Made by a program: the position numbers and the translations under genes. Of a DNA stretch of 64,000 nucleotides, positions 37,748 through 48,085 are shown one piece after another (within the stretch, counting starts at the first letter, position 1; every line of letters starts with the position of its first letter). The stretch spans positions 3,469-67,468 of the forward strand of contig VGBI01000001.1 of the NCBI GenBank assembly GCA_016870595.1. Reading direction: 5' to 3'. The notes beneath the pieces were generated by a model. The model worked only from the letters and a program-made list of their open reading frames with translations. It was not told the DNA's origin and made no database searches. The DNA comes from Actinomycetota bacterium. GTDB lineage: Bacteria > Actinomycetota > Acidimicrobiia > IMCC26256 > PALSA-555.

Positions 37748-37821
37748 CGCCGCTGGGGAACCTCGCTGCGTCCCCGGACCCCAGCCTGACGTAGCCTTCC
37801 GCCGAACCGAGGCGGACAACC

Positions 37822-39276
37822 GTGAAAGGACCCGACGTGGAGCCCCGAACCTCCCAGGACGTGCTGAAGTTGGTCAAGGACGAAGGCTGCGACTTCGTCG
37901 ACCTCCGCTTCTCCGACCTCCCCGGCATCATGCAGCACGTCACCATCCCGGCCCACGTGCTCAGCGAGGACCACTTCACCGTGGGGCACGGCTTCGACGG
38001 CTCGTCGGTGCGGGGCTTCCAGGAGATCCAGGAATCCGACATGGTCCTGATCACCGACCCGAACACCGTCTACCTCGACCCGTTCATGAAGCACAAGACC
38101 GCGGTCATCCACTGCTTCGTCGCCGACCCGGTGACCGGCGAGAGTTACTCACGCGACCCGCGCTACGTGGCGAAGAAGGCCGAGGACTACCTGAAGTCGT
38201 CGGGCATCGCCGACACTGCGTACTTCGGGCCCGAGGCCGAGTTCTTCGTCTTCGACGACGTGCGGTTCGAGACCCGGCCGAACGGCAGCTTCTACCAGGT
38301 CGACTCGATCGAGGGTGAGTGGAACACCGGATCCTCCGAGTTCCTCGGGGAGCCGGTGGCCAACCTCGGCTACAAGCCCCGGACCAAGCAGGGCTACTTC
38401 CCCGTCCCGCCGATGGACCACTACCAGGACCTGCGCGGCGACATGACCCTCGCGCTCCACAGCGTCGGCATCGAGACCGAGCTGCACCACCACGAGGTGG
38501 CCTCCGGTGGTCAGGGCGAGATCGGCATCAAGTTCGACACGCTCCTGTGCCAGGCCGACCAGCTGATGACGTTCAAGTACGTGCTCAAGAACGTCGCCCG
38601 CCAGGCCGGCAAGTCGCTGACCTTCATGCCCAAGCCGATCTTCCAGGACAACGGGTCGGGCATGCACACCCACCAGTCGCTCTGGAAGGGCGGTGAGCCG
38701 CTGTTCTTCGACGAGAAGGGCTACGGCGGTCTCTCCGACATCGCCCGGTGGTACATCGGCGGCCTGCTGCACCACGCCCATGCGGTCATCGCCTTCACCA
38801 ACCCGACGACCAACTCGTTCAAGCGCCTGGTGCCGGGGTACGAGGCGCCGGTGAACCTGGTCTACAGCCAGCGCAACCGGTCGGCGTCGTGCCGCATCCC
38901 GCTCGCGTCGCAGAGTCCGAAGGCCAAGCGGATCGAGTTCCGGTGCCCCGACTCGACGTCGAACCCGTACCTCGCCTTCGCGGCGATGATGCTGGCCGGC
39001 CTCGACGGCATCCAGAACCGCATCGAGCCGCCGGCGCCGGTGGACCGGGACCTCTACGACCTCCCGCCCGATGAGCTCAAGAACATCCCGCAGGTTCCGT
39101 CGAGCCTCGACGAGGCGCTCGACGCGCTCGAGGCCGACAACGACTTCCTGCGGGTCGGCGGGGTGTTCACCGACGACCTCATCGAGACCTGGATCGAGTA
39201 CAAGCGGCTGAACGAGGTCGACGCCATCCGGCTGCGGCCCCACCCCTACGAGTTCAACCTCTACTACGACATCTGA
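37822..39276 (+). CDS. glnA: glutamine synthetase type I-beta (adenylylatable)
   Basis: 484 aa (alternative GTG at 37837). Motifs [20 protein letters not shown] and NSFKRL, with adenylylation loop [11 protein letters not shown]. Confidence 0.92.
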   Translation: MKGPDVEPRTSQDVLKLVKDEGCDFVDLRFSDLPGIMQHVTIPAHVLSEDHFTVGHGFDGSSVRGFQEIQESDMVLITDPNTVYLDPFMKHKTAVIHCFVADPVTGESYSRDPRYVAKKAEDYLKSSGIADTAYFGPEAEFFVFDDVRFETRPNGSFYQVDSIEGEWNTGSSEFLGEPVANLGYKPRTKQGYFPVPPMDHYQDLRGDMTLALHSVGIETELHHHEVASGGQGEIGIKFDTLLCQADQLMTFKYVLKNVARQAGKSLTFMPKPIFQDNGSGMHTHQSLWKGGEPLFFDEKGYGGLSDIARWYIGGLLHHAHAVIAFTNPTTNSFKRLVPGYEAPVNLVYSQRNRSASCRIPLASQSPKAKRIEFRCPDSTSNPYLAFAAMMLAGLDGIQNRIEPPAPVDRDLYDLPPDELKNIPQVPSSLDEALDALEADNDFLRVGGVFTDDLIETWIEYKRLNEVDAIRLRPHPYEFNLYYDI

Positions 39277-39339
39277 TCGTCCGAGCCCCGGTCTCCGGGG
39301 ACCCCGGCAGTATCAACGGCTCCAGGGCCGACGTGCGAC

Positions 39340-39361
39340 GGCGGGACCTCCGGGTCCCGCC
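39340..39361 (+). terminator. intrinsic-terminator-like hairpin downstream of glnA
   Basis: ggcgggacc-tccg-ggtcccgcc (9-bp stem) followed by gtttcg. A second 6-bp hairpin ccccgg-tct-ccgggg lies at 39286-39300. Confidence 0.5.
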
Positions 39362-39454
39362 GTTTCGCACGGATCTCCCCCATCGGGCCCCTGGGATCGC
39401 CTTGGGTGCGGGCTCCACTCGTGGGGCACGCGTCGTCGGTCGTAGGCTGACCCC

Positions 39455-39847
39455 ATGACGGAGCGCAACGTGCTCGGGGGCGAGCTGGAGCCCTGCGGGT
39501 TCGACCCGGTCACCGGCTTCTTCCGCGACGGGTGCTGCAGCACGGGACCCGACGACCTCGGCAGCCACACGATCTGCGCGGTCGTGAGCGCCGAGTTCCT
39601 CGAGCACCAGCAGTCGATCGGCAACGACCTGTCGACGCCGATGCCCGCCTACCGGTTCCCGGGGTTGCATCCGGGCGACCGGTGGTGCGTCACCGCCCGC
39701 AACTGGGCCCGGGCCCACCTCGACGGGCGCGCCGCGCCGGTCGTGCTCGCGAGCACCAACGCAGCGGTGCTCGACCTCGTCCCGCTCGAGGTCCTCACGC
39801 AGTACGCCGTCGACGTCCCCGGCGACCTGAGCGGCCTCGACGCCTGA
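39455..39847 (+). CDS. DUF2237-like protein
   Basis: 130 aa. Pattern NVLGGELEPCGFDPVTGFFRDGCCSTGPDDLGSHTICAVVSAEFL. Confidence 0.75.
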   Translation: MTERNVLGGELEPCGFDPVTGFFRDGCCSTGPDDLGSHTICAVVSAEFLEHQQSIGNDLSTPMPAYRFPGLHPGDRWCVTARNWARAHLDGRAAPVVLASTNAAVLDLVPLEVLTQYAVDVPGDLSGLDA

Positions 39848-39885
39848 CGCCCGACGGCCGGTCGGCGCCGGAGTCGGCGCCAGCC

Positions 39886-42675
39886 TCAGCCGCCGGTGCG
39901 CCCGTAGAAGACGCGCTCGACCACGCGTCGGGCCCGGCGGGTCACCCGGCGGTACTCGTCGCGCAGCTCGGTCCGGGGTTGATGCGTGTAGCCGAGCAGG
40001 CGCCCGATCCGGAGGTCGTCGTCACCACCGGGCAGGGCGTCGCCGGGTCGGCCGAGGACGAGGTAACGGGCGTTGCGGGTGCGCTCGCAGAACCGGTAGG
40101 CCTCCTCGAGCACGGCCGCGTCGGTCGCGTCGAGGAGCCCGGTCGCCACGCAGCGCAGCAGTCCGCCCATGGTCGCCGGGTCGCGGATCTCGGGGTGGGC
40201 GGCGCCGTGCTGCAGCTGGAGCAGCTGCACCGTGAACTCGACGTCGGTCAGTGCGCCCTTGCCCAGCTTGAGGTGGAAGTCGGGGTCCTCCCCCGGGGGG
40301 ATCCGCTCCTGCTCGACCCGGACCTTCACCCGCCGGATCTCGCGGGTGAACTCCTCGGGGAACGGGTCGCGCGTGACGAACGGCTCGACCAACGCCATGA
40401 AGCGGGCGGCGACCTCGGCATCCCCGGCGACCGGGCGGGCCCGCAGGAGGGACTGGAACTCCCAGGGGAGCCCGTACTCCTCGTAGTAGGCGAGGTAGGA
40501 GTCGAGCGACCGGGCGAGGACGCCGTTCTTGCCCTCCGGGCGCAGGGCCGCGTCGATGCGGAAGGTCTGGCCCTCGGCCGTGGTCGCCCCGATCTCACGG
40601 ACGAGATCGGTGGCGAGGTGCAGTCCCGCCTCGTAGTCGGAGGTGCGCTCGCCGTCGAAGACGAACAGCACGTCGATGTCGGACGCGTACGACAGCTCGT
40701 GTCCCCCGAGGCGCCCCATCCCGATCACGGCGAAGGGCAGGTCGGGCTCGAGCGATCGCAGCGCCGCCTCCACGCAGGCATCGGCGAGATTGCTCAGCTC
40801 GCGCGCCGTGACCTCGATCGGGGCCAGGCCCAACAGGTCGCGCGCCGCGATGCGCAGGAACTCGCGACGCTTGAAGCGGCGAAGGCCGGCTCGCCGCTGC
40901 TCGACGTCGGCGCGCCACTGGAGCGTCTCGAGGGCGGCCGCGACCAGGTCGTCGCGGGTTCGCTCGACCACCAGGGCCTCATCGTCCCCCAGTGTCTCGA
41001 GGAAGGCGGGCTGGTGGAACAGCGAGTCGCCGAGGAAGCGACTCGACCCGAGCACCCGGCAGGCCCGCTCGGCCGCGCCGGTCGCGTCACGGAACGTGAC
41101 CGCGACGGCCTGGGCCCGGGTCGGTCCCTCCACCATGCGGCGCAGCTGCAGGAGCGCGAGGTCGGGGTCGGGCGAGGTCGAGCACCAGTCGAGGATCACC
41201 GGGAGCATCTCCTGGAGGACCCGCGAGGTGCGTGAGAAGCCCCGGGTCAGCTCGCGCAACGCGGCCCGGGTGTGCTCGGCGTCGGCGAAGCCGAAGGCGG
41301 CGAGACGTTCCTCGGCCGCCTCGGGGGTGAGTGACCCGTGGCCGGCGAGCGCGTCCATGAGTGGCGCGAAGAACAGCCGCTCGTGGAGGGCCCGCACCGC
41401 GGTCTGGTGCGAGCGGTGCTCGGCGAGGAAGGCCTCGAGCGCAGTGGCCCGGGGCTGGTCGCGGTAGCCGAGGACCCGGGCGAGCAGCGTGAGCTCGGCG
41501 GGATCGGTGGGGATTGTGTGGGTCTGGAGCTCGTCGCGCAGCTGCAGGCGGTGCTCCACCGTGCGCAGGAACACGTAGGCGTCGCCGAGGCGGCCGACGT
41601 CACGTCGCTCGACGTAGCCACCCGCCGCCAGCTGGGCGAGCGCCACGAGGGTGGTGGCCGACCGGATCCGGGGGTCGTGGCGGCCGTGGACGAGCTGGAG
41701 CAGCTGGACCGCGAACTCGATGTCGCGGATCCCGCCCCGGCCTCGCTTCAGCTCGCGGTCGTCGAGGCCGCGCTTGTGGAGCTCCGCCTCTGCACGCGCC
41801 TTCATCTCGCGGGCCTCGCGGACGAGGTCGGGGTCGAGCACCTCCCGCCACACGTACGGTCGGCTCGCGGCGATGAACTCGGCGCCGAGCGCCGGGTCGC
41901 CCGCCACCGGCCGAGCCTTGAGCAACGCCTGGAACTCCCAGTGGCGGGCCCAGCGGTCGTACCAGGCCGTGTAGCTCTCGACCGTGCGGGAGAGTGCGCC
42001 CGCCCGACCCTCGGGGCGGAGGTCGGCGTCGGTCCGGAACACGATGCCGTCGGCGGTCGGCGTGGTCATGGTCGCGAGCACCGCCTTGGCGACGCGATCG
42101 GCCTCGGCGGGATCGTCGCCACCGTGCACGAAGAGCACGTCGACGTCGCTCGCGTAGTTGAGCTCCTCGCCGCCGAGCTTGCCCATGCCGATGATCGCGA
42201 TCGGCACCCGGGGTGCGGCGATCCGCAGTGCCGCCTCCAGGCACCCCTCGGCCAGCTCGGTCAGCTCACGCCCCACGGTGACGAGATCGGCGAGGCCGAG
42301 GAGGTCACGCAGCGCGATGCGCAGGAACTCGCGCCGCTTGTGGCGCCGCAGGACACCGGCGCCGTCGTCGCCCGTCGCGACCACGGCGTCCACGATCGCC
42401 GGTCGGACCGCTCCCGGGGCCCGCACCGACCCGAAGTCGGCCTCGTCGACCACGTCGAGCAGCGTCGGATCGCCGACCACGGCGTTCGTCAGGGCCCGTG
42501 ACGCGCACGCGAGGGCCACGAACGCCCCGACCCGGGCCGGATCGGCCAGGCGGGCGGCGGCGTCGGGGTCGGCGGCCGCGAGGCGGGTGACGGCGGCGCG
42601 CGCAAGGTCGGGGTCGGCCGAGCCGTCGATCACGGCCTCGAGCCCGGGGACCACCGGGTCGGCGTCACCTGCCAC
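39886..42675 (-). CDS. glnE: bifunctional glutamine synthetase adenylyltransferase / adenylyl-removing enzyme
   Basis: 929 aa with two nucleotidyltransferase halves (GMGKLGGEELNYASDVDVLFV and GMGRLGGHELSYASDIDVLFV). Confidence 0.9.
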   Translation of the reverse strand: MAGDADPVVPGLEAVIDGSADPDLARAAVTRLAAADPDAAARLADPARVGAFVALACASRALTNAVVGDPTLLDVVDEADFGSVRAPGAVRPAIVDAVVATGDDGAGVLRRHKRREFLRIALRDLLGLADLVTVGRELTELAEGCLEAALRIAAPRVPIAIIGMGKLGGEELNYASDVDVLFVHGGDDPAEADRVAKAVLATMTTPTADGIVFRTDADLRPEGRAGALSRTVESYTAWYDRWARHWEFQALLKARPVAGDPALGAEFIAASRPYVWREVLDPDLVREAREMKARAEAELHKRGLDDRELKRGRGGIRDIEFAVQLLQLVHGRHDPRIRSATTLVALAQLAAGGYVERRDVGRLGDAYVFLRTVEHRLQLRDELQTHTIPTDPAELTLLARVLGYRDQPRATALEAFLAEHRSHQTAVRALHERLFFAPLMDALAGHGSLTPEAAEERLAAFGFADAEHTRAALRELTRGFSRTSRVLQEMLPVILDWCSTSPDPDLALLQLRRMVEGPTRAQAVAVTFRDATGAAERACRVLGSSRFLGDSLFHQPAFLETLGDDEALVVERTRDDLVAAALETLQWRADVEQRRAGLRRFKRREFLRIAARDLLGLAPIEVTARELSNLADACVEAALRSLEPDLPFAVIGMGRLGGHELSYASDIDVLFVFDGERTSDYEAGLHLATDLVREIGATTAEGQTFRIDAALRPEGKNGVLARSLDSYLAYYEEYGLPWEFQSLLRARPVAGDAEVAARFMALVEPFVTRDPFPEEFTREIRRVKVRVEQERIPPGEDPDFHLKLGKGALTDVEFTVQLLQLQHGAAHPEIRDPATMGGLLRCVATGLLDATDAAVLEEAYRFCERTRNARYLVLGRPGDALPGGDDDLRIGRLLGYTHQPRTELRDEYRRVTRRARRVVERVFYGRTGG

Positions 42676-42723
42676 GCCCCGCAGTCAAGCGCTCCCGGGG
42701 CACCCCGGGCGAGCCGGTGCCCG

Positions 42724-44439
42724 GTGGCGGCGCCGTATCCTGCACCGGTGCACCGACTGCGGGTCGCCGCCGCCCAACTCGACCTGGTGGTCGGGGACCT
42801 GGCCGGCAACGCCGAGCGCGTCCTCGCCGCCTACGCCGAGGCGGCGGCCGCGGGCTGTGACCTCGTGGCCTTCCCGGAGCTCGCCGTGACCGGGTACCCG
42901 CCCGAGGACCTCCTCCTGCGCCCCGCCTTCGTGGCCGAGGCCCGCCGTCGCCTCGACGAGATCGCGTCGGCGACGGGCACCACGGCGGCCGTGGTCGGGT
43001 TCCCCGAGGTCGACGGCGCGTGCTTCAACTCGGCGGCCGTCCTGGCCCACGGCCGCATCCAGGGCGTGTACCGCAAGCACCTCCTGCCGAACTACGCGGT
43101 GTTCGACGAGGAGCGCTACTTCGAGCCCTGGCCCGACGACGGTCCGCTCTTCGCCGTCGGCGGGGTCCCGGTGGCGGTCACAGTGTGCGAGGACGCCTGG
43201 AGCCCGACCGGACCAGTCGTCACCCAGGCCCGGGCGGGAGCGGCCCTGGTCGTCAACGTCAACGCCTCGCCGTACTCGGCGGGTCGCCTCGCCGAACGCG
43301 AGGCCATGCTGGCGGGCCGGGCCCGCGCCGCCGGGGTGCCCATCGTCTACGTGAACCTCGTCGGGGGCCAGGACGAGCTGGTCTTCGACGGTGGCTCGTT
43401 GGTCGTCGACGCGACCGGCGCGGTCGTCGCCCGGGCCCGGCAGTTCACCGAGGACCTGCTGGTCGTCGACCTCGAGGTGGCGCCGGCCGGCCCGGTGGCC
43501 CTGCCCCTGGTGACCGTGACGGGACCGCGCGAGGCCGACCCGGCCCGTCCGACCCGTCCCGCACCGCCCGCGCGGATCGAGCCGGTGCTCCCGCCCGTGC
43601 ACGAGGTGTACGAGGCCCTCGTGCTCGGCACGCGTGACTACGTGACGAAGAACGGCTTCACCGACGTCCTCGTCGGGCTGTCGGGGGGAGTGGACTCGTC
43701 GCTCGTCGCGGCGGTCGCCGTCGACGCGCTCGGGGCTGATCACGTGCACGGGGTCCTGATGCCGTCGCGCTTCTCGAGCGACCACAGCGTCGGCGACGCC
43801 GAGCTGCTCGTGGCGAATCTCGGGATCCGGGCCACCACCGTCCCGATCGAGCCCGCTCACGCGGCGTTCCTGGCGATGCTCGCCGACTCCTTCGCCGGGC
43901 TCGAGCCGGGGCTGGCCGAGGAGAACCTCCAGGCCCGGATCCGGGGCACGATCCTGATGACGATGTCGAACAAGTTCGGGTGGATGGTGCTGACCACCGC
44001 CAACAAGAGCGAGACGGCCACCGGCTACTCCACCCTCTACGGCGACATGGCCGGCGGGTACGCCGTGATCAAGGACGTGCCCAAGCTGCTCGTCTACGCA
44101 CTCTGCGAGGACCGCAACGCCCGGGCCGGGCGGGCGCTCATCCCCGAGGCGGTGATCACCAAGCCCCCGAGCGCCGAGCTGCGGCCCGGGCAGCTCGACC
44201 GGGACTCGCTGCCCGACTACGCGGAGCTCGACCCGATCGTGGAGGGCTACGTGGAGCTCGACCGCTCCATCGCCGACCTCGTCGCCGCCGGGCACGATCC
44301 CGACGTGGTGCGCCGGGTGGCCGGGCTCGTCGACCGCAACGAGTACAAGCGCCGCCAGGCCGCGCCCGGCGTCCGGGTGTCCCCGAAGGCGTTCGGGAAG
44401 GACCGGCGTCTCCCGATCACCAACCGCTGGCCGGGCTAG
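42724..44439 (+). CDS. nadE: glutamine-dependent NAD+ synthetase (CN-hydrolase + synthetase domains)
   Basis: 571 aa. Pattern LRVAAAQLD...FPELAVTGYPPEDL...VCEDAW, then GLSGGVDSSLVAA. Confidence 0.9.
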   Translation: MAAPYPAPVHRLRVAAAQLDLVVGDLAGNAERVLAAYAEAAAAGCDLVAFPELAVTGYPPEDLLLRPAFVAEARRRLDEIASATGTTAAVVGFPEVDGACFNSAAVLAHGRIQGVYRKHLLPNYAVFDEERYFEPWPDDGPLFAVGGVPVAVTVCEDAWSPTGPVVTQARAGAALVVNVNASPYSAGRLAEREAMLAGRARAAGVPIVYVNLVGGQDELVFDGGSLVVDATGAVVARARQFTEDLLVVDLEVAPAGPVALPLVTVTGPREADPARPTRPAPPARIEPVLPPVHEVYEALVLGTRDYVTKNGFTDVLVGLSGGVDSSLVAAVAVDALGADHVHGVLMPSRFSSDHSVGDAELLVANLGIRATTVPIEPAHAAFLAMLADSFAGLEPGLAEENLQARIRGTILMTMSNKFGWMVLTTANKSETATGYSTLYGDMAGGYAVIKDVPKLLVYALCEDRNARAGRALIPEAVITKPPSAELRPGQLDRDSLPDYAELDPIVEGYVELDRSIADLVAAGHDPDVVRRVAGLVDRNEYKRRQAAPGVRVSPKAFGKDRRLPITNRWPG

Positions 44440-44451
44440 GCCGGACGCGGC

Positions 44452-45396
44452 GTGGCCGCACGTCGCTACGCGCCGGAAGGGGCACTGGTCCTCGCCGCGT
44501 TCCTGTTCGGGATCACGTTCGTGCTGGTCGGGGACGCGCTCGACGACGTCACCCCGGCGGCGTTCCTGGTGCTGCGCTTCGCGCTCGCGGTCGTGGTGCT
44601 CGCGCCCGTCGCGATCGTCTCGATGCGGACCGCCCCGTCACCGTCTCCCGCGTCGCCGGTCCCCGGATCGCCGACGCGCCCGTCGCCGACCCCTCGACCC
44701 GATCGGCGCACGCTGGTCCGGGTCGGGGCCGTCGCCGGGGTGCTGCTGTTCGGGGGCTTCGCCGCCCAGACCGTCGGGCTGCAGGACACCAGCCCGGCGA
44801 CCTCGGCGTTCATCACCGGGCTCTTCGTGATCTTCACGCCGTTCGTGCAGGCGGTGGTCGACCGGGCGTGGCCGCCGGCGTCGGTCGTGCTGTGCGCCGG
44901 GTTGGCCGCGTTCGGCCTCTACCTCCTCACCGGGGCCGACCTCGGGTTCGGGCGGGGTGAGGTCGCCACGCTGATCTGCGCGGTCGTGTTCGCGCTCTGG
45001 ATCGTCTACCAGGGCCGCCACGCCACCCGGGTGCCGCCGATCCCGTTCACCACGGTCCAGACGGCGGTCCTCGTCGTGGTGGGTCTGCCCTGGCTGGCGG
45101 TCGCCGGGGTCGGCGACCTGACCGCCACGGCCTGGCTCGCGGTCGCCGTCACCGGGATCGCGTGCTCGGCGGTCGCGTTGACCCTCCAGCTCTGGGGCCA
45201 GCGGCGGATCCCGGCGCCCCGGGCGGCCCTGATCCTGCTGCTCGAGCCGGTGTTCGCCGGGGTGGTCAGCGTCCTCGCCGGGGAGCGGCTCGGGGCGATC
45301 GAGCTGCTGGGGGCCGGGGTGATCCTGGTGGCCATCGCCCTGGCCGAACGGGGCCCCCGGAGGCCCCGGGGCGCCCGCCTGCAGGCGGCTCGTTGA
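44452..45396 (+). CDS. EamA/DMT-family transporter with a Pro/Ser-rich loop insert
   Basis: 314 aa with about 10 hydrophobic segments in two EamA-like halves. Insert RTAPSPSPASPVPGSPTRPSPTPRPD. Confidence 0.75.
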   Translation: MAARRYAPEGALVLAAFLFGITFVLVGDALDDVTPAAFLVLRFALAVVVLAPVAIVSMRTAPSPSPASPVPGSPTRPSPTPRPDRRTLVRVGAVAGVLLFGGFAAQTVGLQDTSPATSAFITGLFVIFTPFVQAVVDRAWPPASVVLCAGLAAFGLYLLTGADLGFGRGEVATLICAVVFALWIVYQGRHATRVPPIPFTTVQTAVLVVVGLPWLAVAGVGDLTATAWLAVAVTGIACSAVALTLQLWGQRRIPAPRAALILLLEPVFAGVVSVLAGERLGAIELLGAGVILVAIALAERGPRRPRGARLQAAR

Positions 45397-45428
45397 CGCC
45401 GACGACCGCGACTGGCCACACTGCTCCC

Positions 45429-45956
45429 ATGACCTCCGGCACCCTCGACCATTCGGCCCGGGCGATCGCCTGCGCCCGCTGGCTCGAGCTCCGGTGCTTC
45501 GAGATCCTCGGGGGCTGGGTGCCGAGCACGGCCGAGCCCGAGGCGAAGCTCGCCTTCGCCCGCCAGAGCCACCACCACGCCTGGCACGCCGATCTGTTTG
45601 CCCGGGTGTTCCCGGTGGCGAGCGGCCTCGACGTCGGTCCTGCCGACCGGGCGCACGACGGGTGGGCGGGCGCGCTCGACCGCATGGAGGCGCTCACCAC
45701 CACGCCCGATCGGCTGACCGCGGTGTTCGCCGTGCTGCTGCCGGCCAAGCTCGCCGCCTACGAGCGCTGGCTCCTCGAGCTCGACCCGGTCCGTGATGCG
45801 CCGCTGCGACGTTGGCTGGGCTTCGTGGTGGCCGACGAGCGGGCCGATCTCGCCGAGGGGCGGAACCTGGTCGCCGGCGTGCACCCGCCCGGAGGGTCGC
45901 CCGGCCGGACGGCGGTCGAGGTCGCGTTGACCGACGCCGGCCCGCTCCTGGGCTGA
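45429..45956 (+). CDS. hypothetical protein (helical, His-rich; possibly ferritin-like/four-helix bundle)
   Basis: 175 aa from the in-frame ATG 45429 of track ORF 45162..45956. Coding-like composition. No family recognised. Confidence 0.5.
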   Translation: MTSGTLDHSARAIACARWLELRCFEILGGWVPSTAEPEAKLAFARQSHHHAWHADLFARVFPVASGLDVGPADRAHDGWAGALDRMEALTTTPDRLTAVFAVLLPAKLAAYERWLLELDPVRDAPLRRWLGFVVADERADLAEGRNLVAGVHPPGGSPGRTAVEVALTDAGPLLG

Positions 45957-46059
45957 GTCCCACCCGCCCCGCTACTGTCCTTTGCTCCCGCGGGGGGCGG
46001 GGGACGGCGGAGCATCCGAAGCGAGTGGCGCGGCACCACGGTGGGCCGGGAATCCGGCC

Positions 46060-46087
46060 TTGACAGATCCCTCCTGGTGCAGACAAT
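46060..46087 (+). promoter_or_regulatory. candidate sigma-70-type promoter of the sigma-factor gene
   Basis: TTGACA (46060-65), 16 nt, GACAAT (46082-87). Confidence 0.35.
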
Positions 46088-46157
46088 GGCGGTCTCACCT
46101 CGGTGGAGTGGGAGTCCCGACTCCGACCCACCGCTGGTCCGGATCCGGAGGCGGGGC

Positions 46158-47096
46158 GTGGCGAAGGAGCGAGTCGACCGCGACGAGGAAGATCTCGTCC
46201 GGCTCTACCTCACCGACATCGGCCAGTACCCGCTCCTGACCAAGGACGACGAGGTCCGGCTCGCCCAGGAGATCGAGGCCGGCAACGCGGCCCGGGCCGA
46301 GCTCGCCGCCGGGGGCAAGCACCTCACCCCGGCCAAGCGGCGGGAGCTGCGGCGGGTCGGGCGCGAGGGCGACGAGGCCCAGCGCACCTTCGTGCAGTCG
46401 AACCTGCGTCTCGTGGTCTCGATCGCGAAGAAGTACCAGGCGTCGGGCCTGCCCCTCCTCGACCTGATCCAGGAGGGCAACCTCGGCCTCATGCACGCGG
46501 TCGAGAAGTTCGACTGGCGCAAGGGCTTCAAGTTCTCCACGTACGCCACGTGGTGGATCCGCCAGGCCATCACCCGCGGGATCGCCAACACCGGGCGCAC
46601 CATCCGGCTGCCGGTGCACGCCGGCGACACCCTGGCCCGTCTGCAGAAGGCCCGGTCCCGCCTGGAGCTCAAGCTCGGTCGGCAGGCCACCCTCGCCGAG
46701 CTCGCGGCCGAGGTGGAGATGCCCGAGGAGAAGGTGACCGAAGCGCTGCGCTTCGCGTCGGAGCCACTGTCGCTCTCCGAGCCGCTGCGCGACGACGGCG
46801 ACGCCGAGCTCGGCGACATCGTCGAGGACCGCTCGGCCGAGTCCCCGTTCGAGATGGCCGCCACTGCGCTCCTCCCCGACGAGATCGAGAAGCTGCTCTC
46901 GCCGCTCGACGACCGCGAGCGCCAGATCCTCGCCCTGCGCTTCGGCCTCGACCGCGGTGAGCCCCGCACCCTCGAGGAGGTCGGGGAGTTCTTCAACCTC
47001 ACCCGCGAGCGGATCCGCCAGATCGAGGCCCGGGCGATGTCGAAGCTCCGCCACCCGTCCGCCGACACCGGCGCGCGGGACCTGCTCGCCGTCTGA
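46158..47096 (+). CDS. RpoD-family sigma factor, group 2 (SigB-like) size
   Basis: Motifs DLVRLYLTDIGQYPLL, NLRLVVSIAKKY, LIQEGNLGLMHAVEKFDWRKGFKFSTYATWWIRQAI and RERIRQIEARAMSKLRHP. GTG 46158 is preceded by GGAGG. The track start 46041 and ATG 46086 overlap the putative promoter. Confidence 0.85.
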   Translation: MAKERVDRDEEDLVRLYLTDIGQYPLLTKDDEVRLAQEIEAGNAARAELAAGGKHLTPAKRRELRRVGREGDEAQRTFVQSNLRLVVSIAKKYQASGLPLLDLIQEGNLGLMHAVEKFDWRKGFKFSTYATWWIRQAITRGIANTGRTIRLPVHAGDTLARLQKARSRLELKLGRQATLAELAAEVEMPEEKVTEALRFASEPLSLSEPLRDDGDAELGDIVEDRSAESPFEMAATALLPDEIEKLLSPLDDRERQILALRFGLDRGEPRTLEEVGEFFNLTRERIRQIEARAMSKLRHPSADTGARDLLAV

Positions 47097-47118
47097 TCCG
47101 CCTGGCCCGCGGCCCCGG

Positions 47119-47988
47119 ATGCTCATCGCGCAGATCAGCGATCTCCACGTCGCGCCCGACACCAGCTTCATGCGGCGCTTCGTCGACGCCAACGCCCTGC
47201 TCGAGCGGGCGGTGGAGTACTGCAACACGATGACCCCACGGCCCGACGTCGTGGTCGCGACCGGGGACCTCACCGACCACGGCACGGCCGATGAGTACGG
47301 GATGCTCGCCGAGATCCTGGGCGCCCTCGCGGTGCCCCTGGTCCTCATCCCGGGCAACCACGACGAGCCCGCCGTCATGCGGTCGGTGCTCGGCGTCCCC
47401 GCCGCCGTGACCGGGCCCACCTTCGACCACACGGTCGAGGACTTCCCGGTCCGGCTCGTCGCGATCGACTCCACCGTGCCGGGTCGCCACGACGGCGAGA
47501 TCGACGCGGCGCAGCTGGCCTGGCTCGACGCGTGCCTGGCCGAGCAGCCCGACCGCCCGACGTTCTGCTTCACCCACCACCCACCCTTCGCCACCGGCAT
47601 CTGGTGGATGGACTGCATCGGTCTGACCGGCGCCGATGCGCTCGGGGCTGTGATCGGCCGTCACCCGCAGGTGCGGCTCCTCGCCGCCGGGCACGTGCAC
47701 CGGCCGGTGACCACGGTGTGGGCGGGCACGCTCGCGGTGACCGCACCGAGCACGTGCCACCAGACCGCGGTCGCACTCCACGACGACTGCCCACCCCGCA
47801 TCACGACCGAGCCGCCGATGCTGGCCCTCCACCAGTGGACCGGCGACGGCTTCGTGAGCCACGCGACCGTCTTCGACAAGGAAGGTCCCGACCTCAACAT
47901 CGCCGAGCTGGTCGCCGACTGGCCCACGGCCAAGGCCGGGATCCTGGCCCGGGGGCCGATGCCGAAGGGCTCGGGCCCGGTCGGCTGA
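47119..47988 (+). CDS. metallophosphoesterase (CpdA-like phosphodiesterase class)
   Basis: 289 aa. Motifs ISDLHV, ATGDLTDHG, IPGNHD, FTHHPP and AGHVH. Confidence 0.8.
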   Translation: MLIAQISDLHVAPDTSFMRRFVDANALLERAVEYCNTMTPRPDVVVATGDLTDHGTADEYGMLAEILGALAVPLVLIPGNHDEPAVMRSVLGVPAAVTGPTFDHTVEDFPVRLVAIDSTVPGRHDGEIDAAQLAWLDACLAEQPDRPTFCFTHHPPFATGIWWMDCIGLTGADALGAVIGRHPQVRLLAAGHVHRPVTTVWAGTLAVTAPSTCHQTAVALHDDCPPRITTEPPMLALHQWTGDGFVSHATVFDKEGPDLNIAELVADWPTAKAGILARGPMPKGSGPVG

Positions 47989-48085
47989 CCGGTGCAGGCC
48001 CGGGTCCGGCCTGCTTGACTCGCGTCGTGGCGGTCGGTCGGGTGATCTCGGGGATCCTCGGGGCGGCGCTGTTGACCTCACCCCG

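Noticed and set aside
45966-46010. cccgccccg ... cggggggcggg inverted repeat after 45429..45956 as a terminator
   Set aside because: The arms are imperfect with a 16-nt loop and no U-tract. The evidence is too weak to list as a feature.
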